This document shows positions 61,766-64,000 of a DNA stretch of 64,000 nucleotides, piece after piece (positions within the stretch are counted from its first letter, which is position 1; each line of letters starts with the position of its first letter). The notes beneath the pieces are model-generated. The model worked only from the letters and a program-made list of their open reading frames with translations. It was not told the origin of the DNA and made no database searches. This DNA comes from Macrostomum hystrix (lineage: Eukaryota; Animalia; Platyhelminthes). The translations under genes and the position numbers were made by a program. The stretch is from assembly GCA_950097015.1 (NCBI GenBank), contig CATNEN010000001.1, forward strand, positions 12,524,001 through 12,588,000, read 5' to 3'.

Positions 61766-63895
61766 GGCTGCAGGCTGCAGCTTGTGCTTTCTTATTTTAA
61801 GCAATGGCCATCGTAGCGATCAAATTCGCAACGCAATATTAGCAACGCAAGCAAATATATCGCGAGCTAGCGAATCGCTCCATTATCTAACGACGGGTCC
61901 AGCAGGTCCCCAAATTTTATCTGCAAAGCTTCAAAAACCAAAAGGGTGAACGTCAATATTACAAATTTATTACAAACTCAGCAAAAGTCAAAATTATTAG
62001 CACCCGTAACGAAAGTCATCGATTTATCGTTGCACCAAACATTCTACTTATTTATGTCATTGCATGTAATCCATAAAGTTTTAAATAAAGACCAGCAAGG
62101 CAAAAATCATTATTTTTAAAGCATAAAAGTTACTTAAAGGAAAGGTTGAAGCGAAAATAGTTCGCTAAAATATTTTTTTAAACACATACTGCATAAAAAC
62201 GGCAAAACAGCGTTTAAATTTTGTAGGGTACGAAGTGCAATGCCTTACACCAGTATCTAAATGTTTTACTTTGTTTAGAGTTACATAAAGTTTCCGGAAC
62301 ATTTAACCTTTTCGACAGAAATCAACATGATAAATAATCGACCAATTTATAAATCTAATTGATGCAAAGTCATTGCATTCTGTTGCAAAAGCAGTATAAT
62401 CGCACGAGTTCAACCTACTGAAACATCGATTTAGTTAATTCATCTACAAATATTATATATTTTTAATAAAAGTGTCTGAGCTTTCGTGTTCTGCTACAAA
62501 GTAGGGAAACCGTAAGACTTTCTGGTATATTAGGTCTTAATTTAATAATTCTCGAAAAACCAAGGTATTCCAAATAATTAGCTACGAAACACATTATTTT
62601 CCTTTCTTGAAGATCGGCTCGATATTACCCGCAACTTACGTATGTAAACCGTAACGTACTCGTAGCGTTTGAGTTTAAAAAAACAAAATCGTAATAAAGG
62701 TATAGGCTACTTAATACTGCTTTGAAAAAAACAAATAATTATGTTCTTAGACATATACATAAAGAAGGCTCTGCAGATTTTTTTGGCGCGGTTTAAATAA
62801 TTTCAGATGCATGTTCGTCGGAGTTGTCCGCCATGTTGTTTTTAGCTTTTTCAAATTTTAATTTTGAACTGAATTTTAATTAATTTAGTAATTTAATTTT
62901 CTCTTTGAATTCAACTGAAAGTGAAAGACAGGTAAATCGGGACAAAAAAGTACAAGATTGTACCAATTGCAATCATTCCACATTACTGTTACTTTTTCTA
63001 GATTATTGCCACTTTGGTAGCTAATTTCGTTCTTCGTAAATCGTAATTAAGGTTAAAAACAAAAATATTTGTATTGTTTACTTCACTCTTCACTTAGTTT
63101 TGGACAAATCAGAGTCATTTGCACAAGGTAATTAAAAACTCGATAAATGTCTAAACAATGTCAGTTGGAAAATAACATATGTCGCTATATGGCAAAATTA
63201 CATGGTTAATATGATGTAATATAACACTCTAGATAGCTAGTATTGAATAGGAAATATTATCTGACTATCTTTGGCAGGTTAGAAACTAGTTAACTCGGCA
63301 GTAAACCAGTACTATAGCTAGTGCCTATAAGCATTTACTCATATTTAGTTAACATTGAAGATGGGTTAATCCAAAATTTTGTTAGAGGTTGTGCCAGTGT
63401 GTATTAAATTAGAAACAGTTGTCCGACTATAATATTCACTTTTATTTATTAAGTTCTGCTGCTAGTTTCTTTGCATTTCTTGCTTAACAGTGTACCAAGC
63501 TCTGCAACTTTTTATGAAGCAACAGTCACTAATTTCATTTGGTCTTTAGACCTAGCCTCCTAGCCTACTTCCAGAGTCAAAAAGGTGGCTCTGTGTGCCA
63601 GAAAGAAATTATAAACAATGTAATAAGTGACATGCACCACCAATATAAGTAACTTTAACATTGAGTCAAGTAGGCTTTGGTAAATAGTAAATAAAGTAAA
63701 TAGTTAATAGGGCAAGATCTCAAAAAAACTAATGCATACTCGGCAATGTTTTACTTCCGTTCGTTATATTATTTTTTCGTTTGAATTGACATGGCTTTGC
63801 CGTGACTTGACACTTGGATCTATGTCTATGGCAAAATCTGGCAAATATGGGGGAACAGGAAGCTTAGGCACAGAAATTCTGCAGCTGAAGATTTT

Positions 63896-64000
63896 GTGAA
63901 GGCCAAGTTGCGTCAAATGCATGGCACGAATGCTGCTCTATTCGAAAGCCACCTCAAAGAATTCTTATGGCGCTGTCTATACCCCAAGAATAGCTTTGGT
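63896..64000 (+). mobile_element. Probable Merlin/ISXO2-like (IS1595 family) transposase C-terminal fragment, running off the window
   Basis: Translates VKAKLRQMHGTNAALFESHLKEFLWRCLY, matching the K..G..HL.EF.WR motif. Confidence 0.5.

Overview
Eukaryotic, intron-rich animal DNA. The GC-rich exons with poly-Ala/Gln tracts and abundant minisatellites resemble the flatworm Macrostomum, but this is an inference, not a search result. 1-19.3 kb: three closely spaced same-strand housekeeping genes (ZMYND10 last exon, TRMT10B-like, 8-exon HECTD1), with most HECTD1 introns filled by unrelated minisatellites. 21-25.6 kb: a 29-bp satellite and a 3-exon class A peptide GPCR. 26.8-52.3 kb: a birth-and-death cluster of small secreted proteins, in which a signal peptide plus PAN/Apple-like module is joined through a phase-1 intron either to a stand-alone ALK/LTK-type glycine-rich domain (2 intact genes, 2 pseudogenes) or to an F-type (fucose) lectin domain (3 genes, 1 pseudogene). 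Mobile DNA: about 10 copies of one tRNA-derived SINE, CORE-like SINEs, a 5'-truncated RT/RNase H LINE nested in a long SINE (both with TSDs), hAT, mariner-like and foldback MITEs, head-to-tail Helitron-like units and a probable Merlin transposase fragment at the right edge. Gene models and coordinates were read by eye from splice sites and phases; no database search was run.
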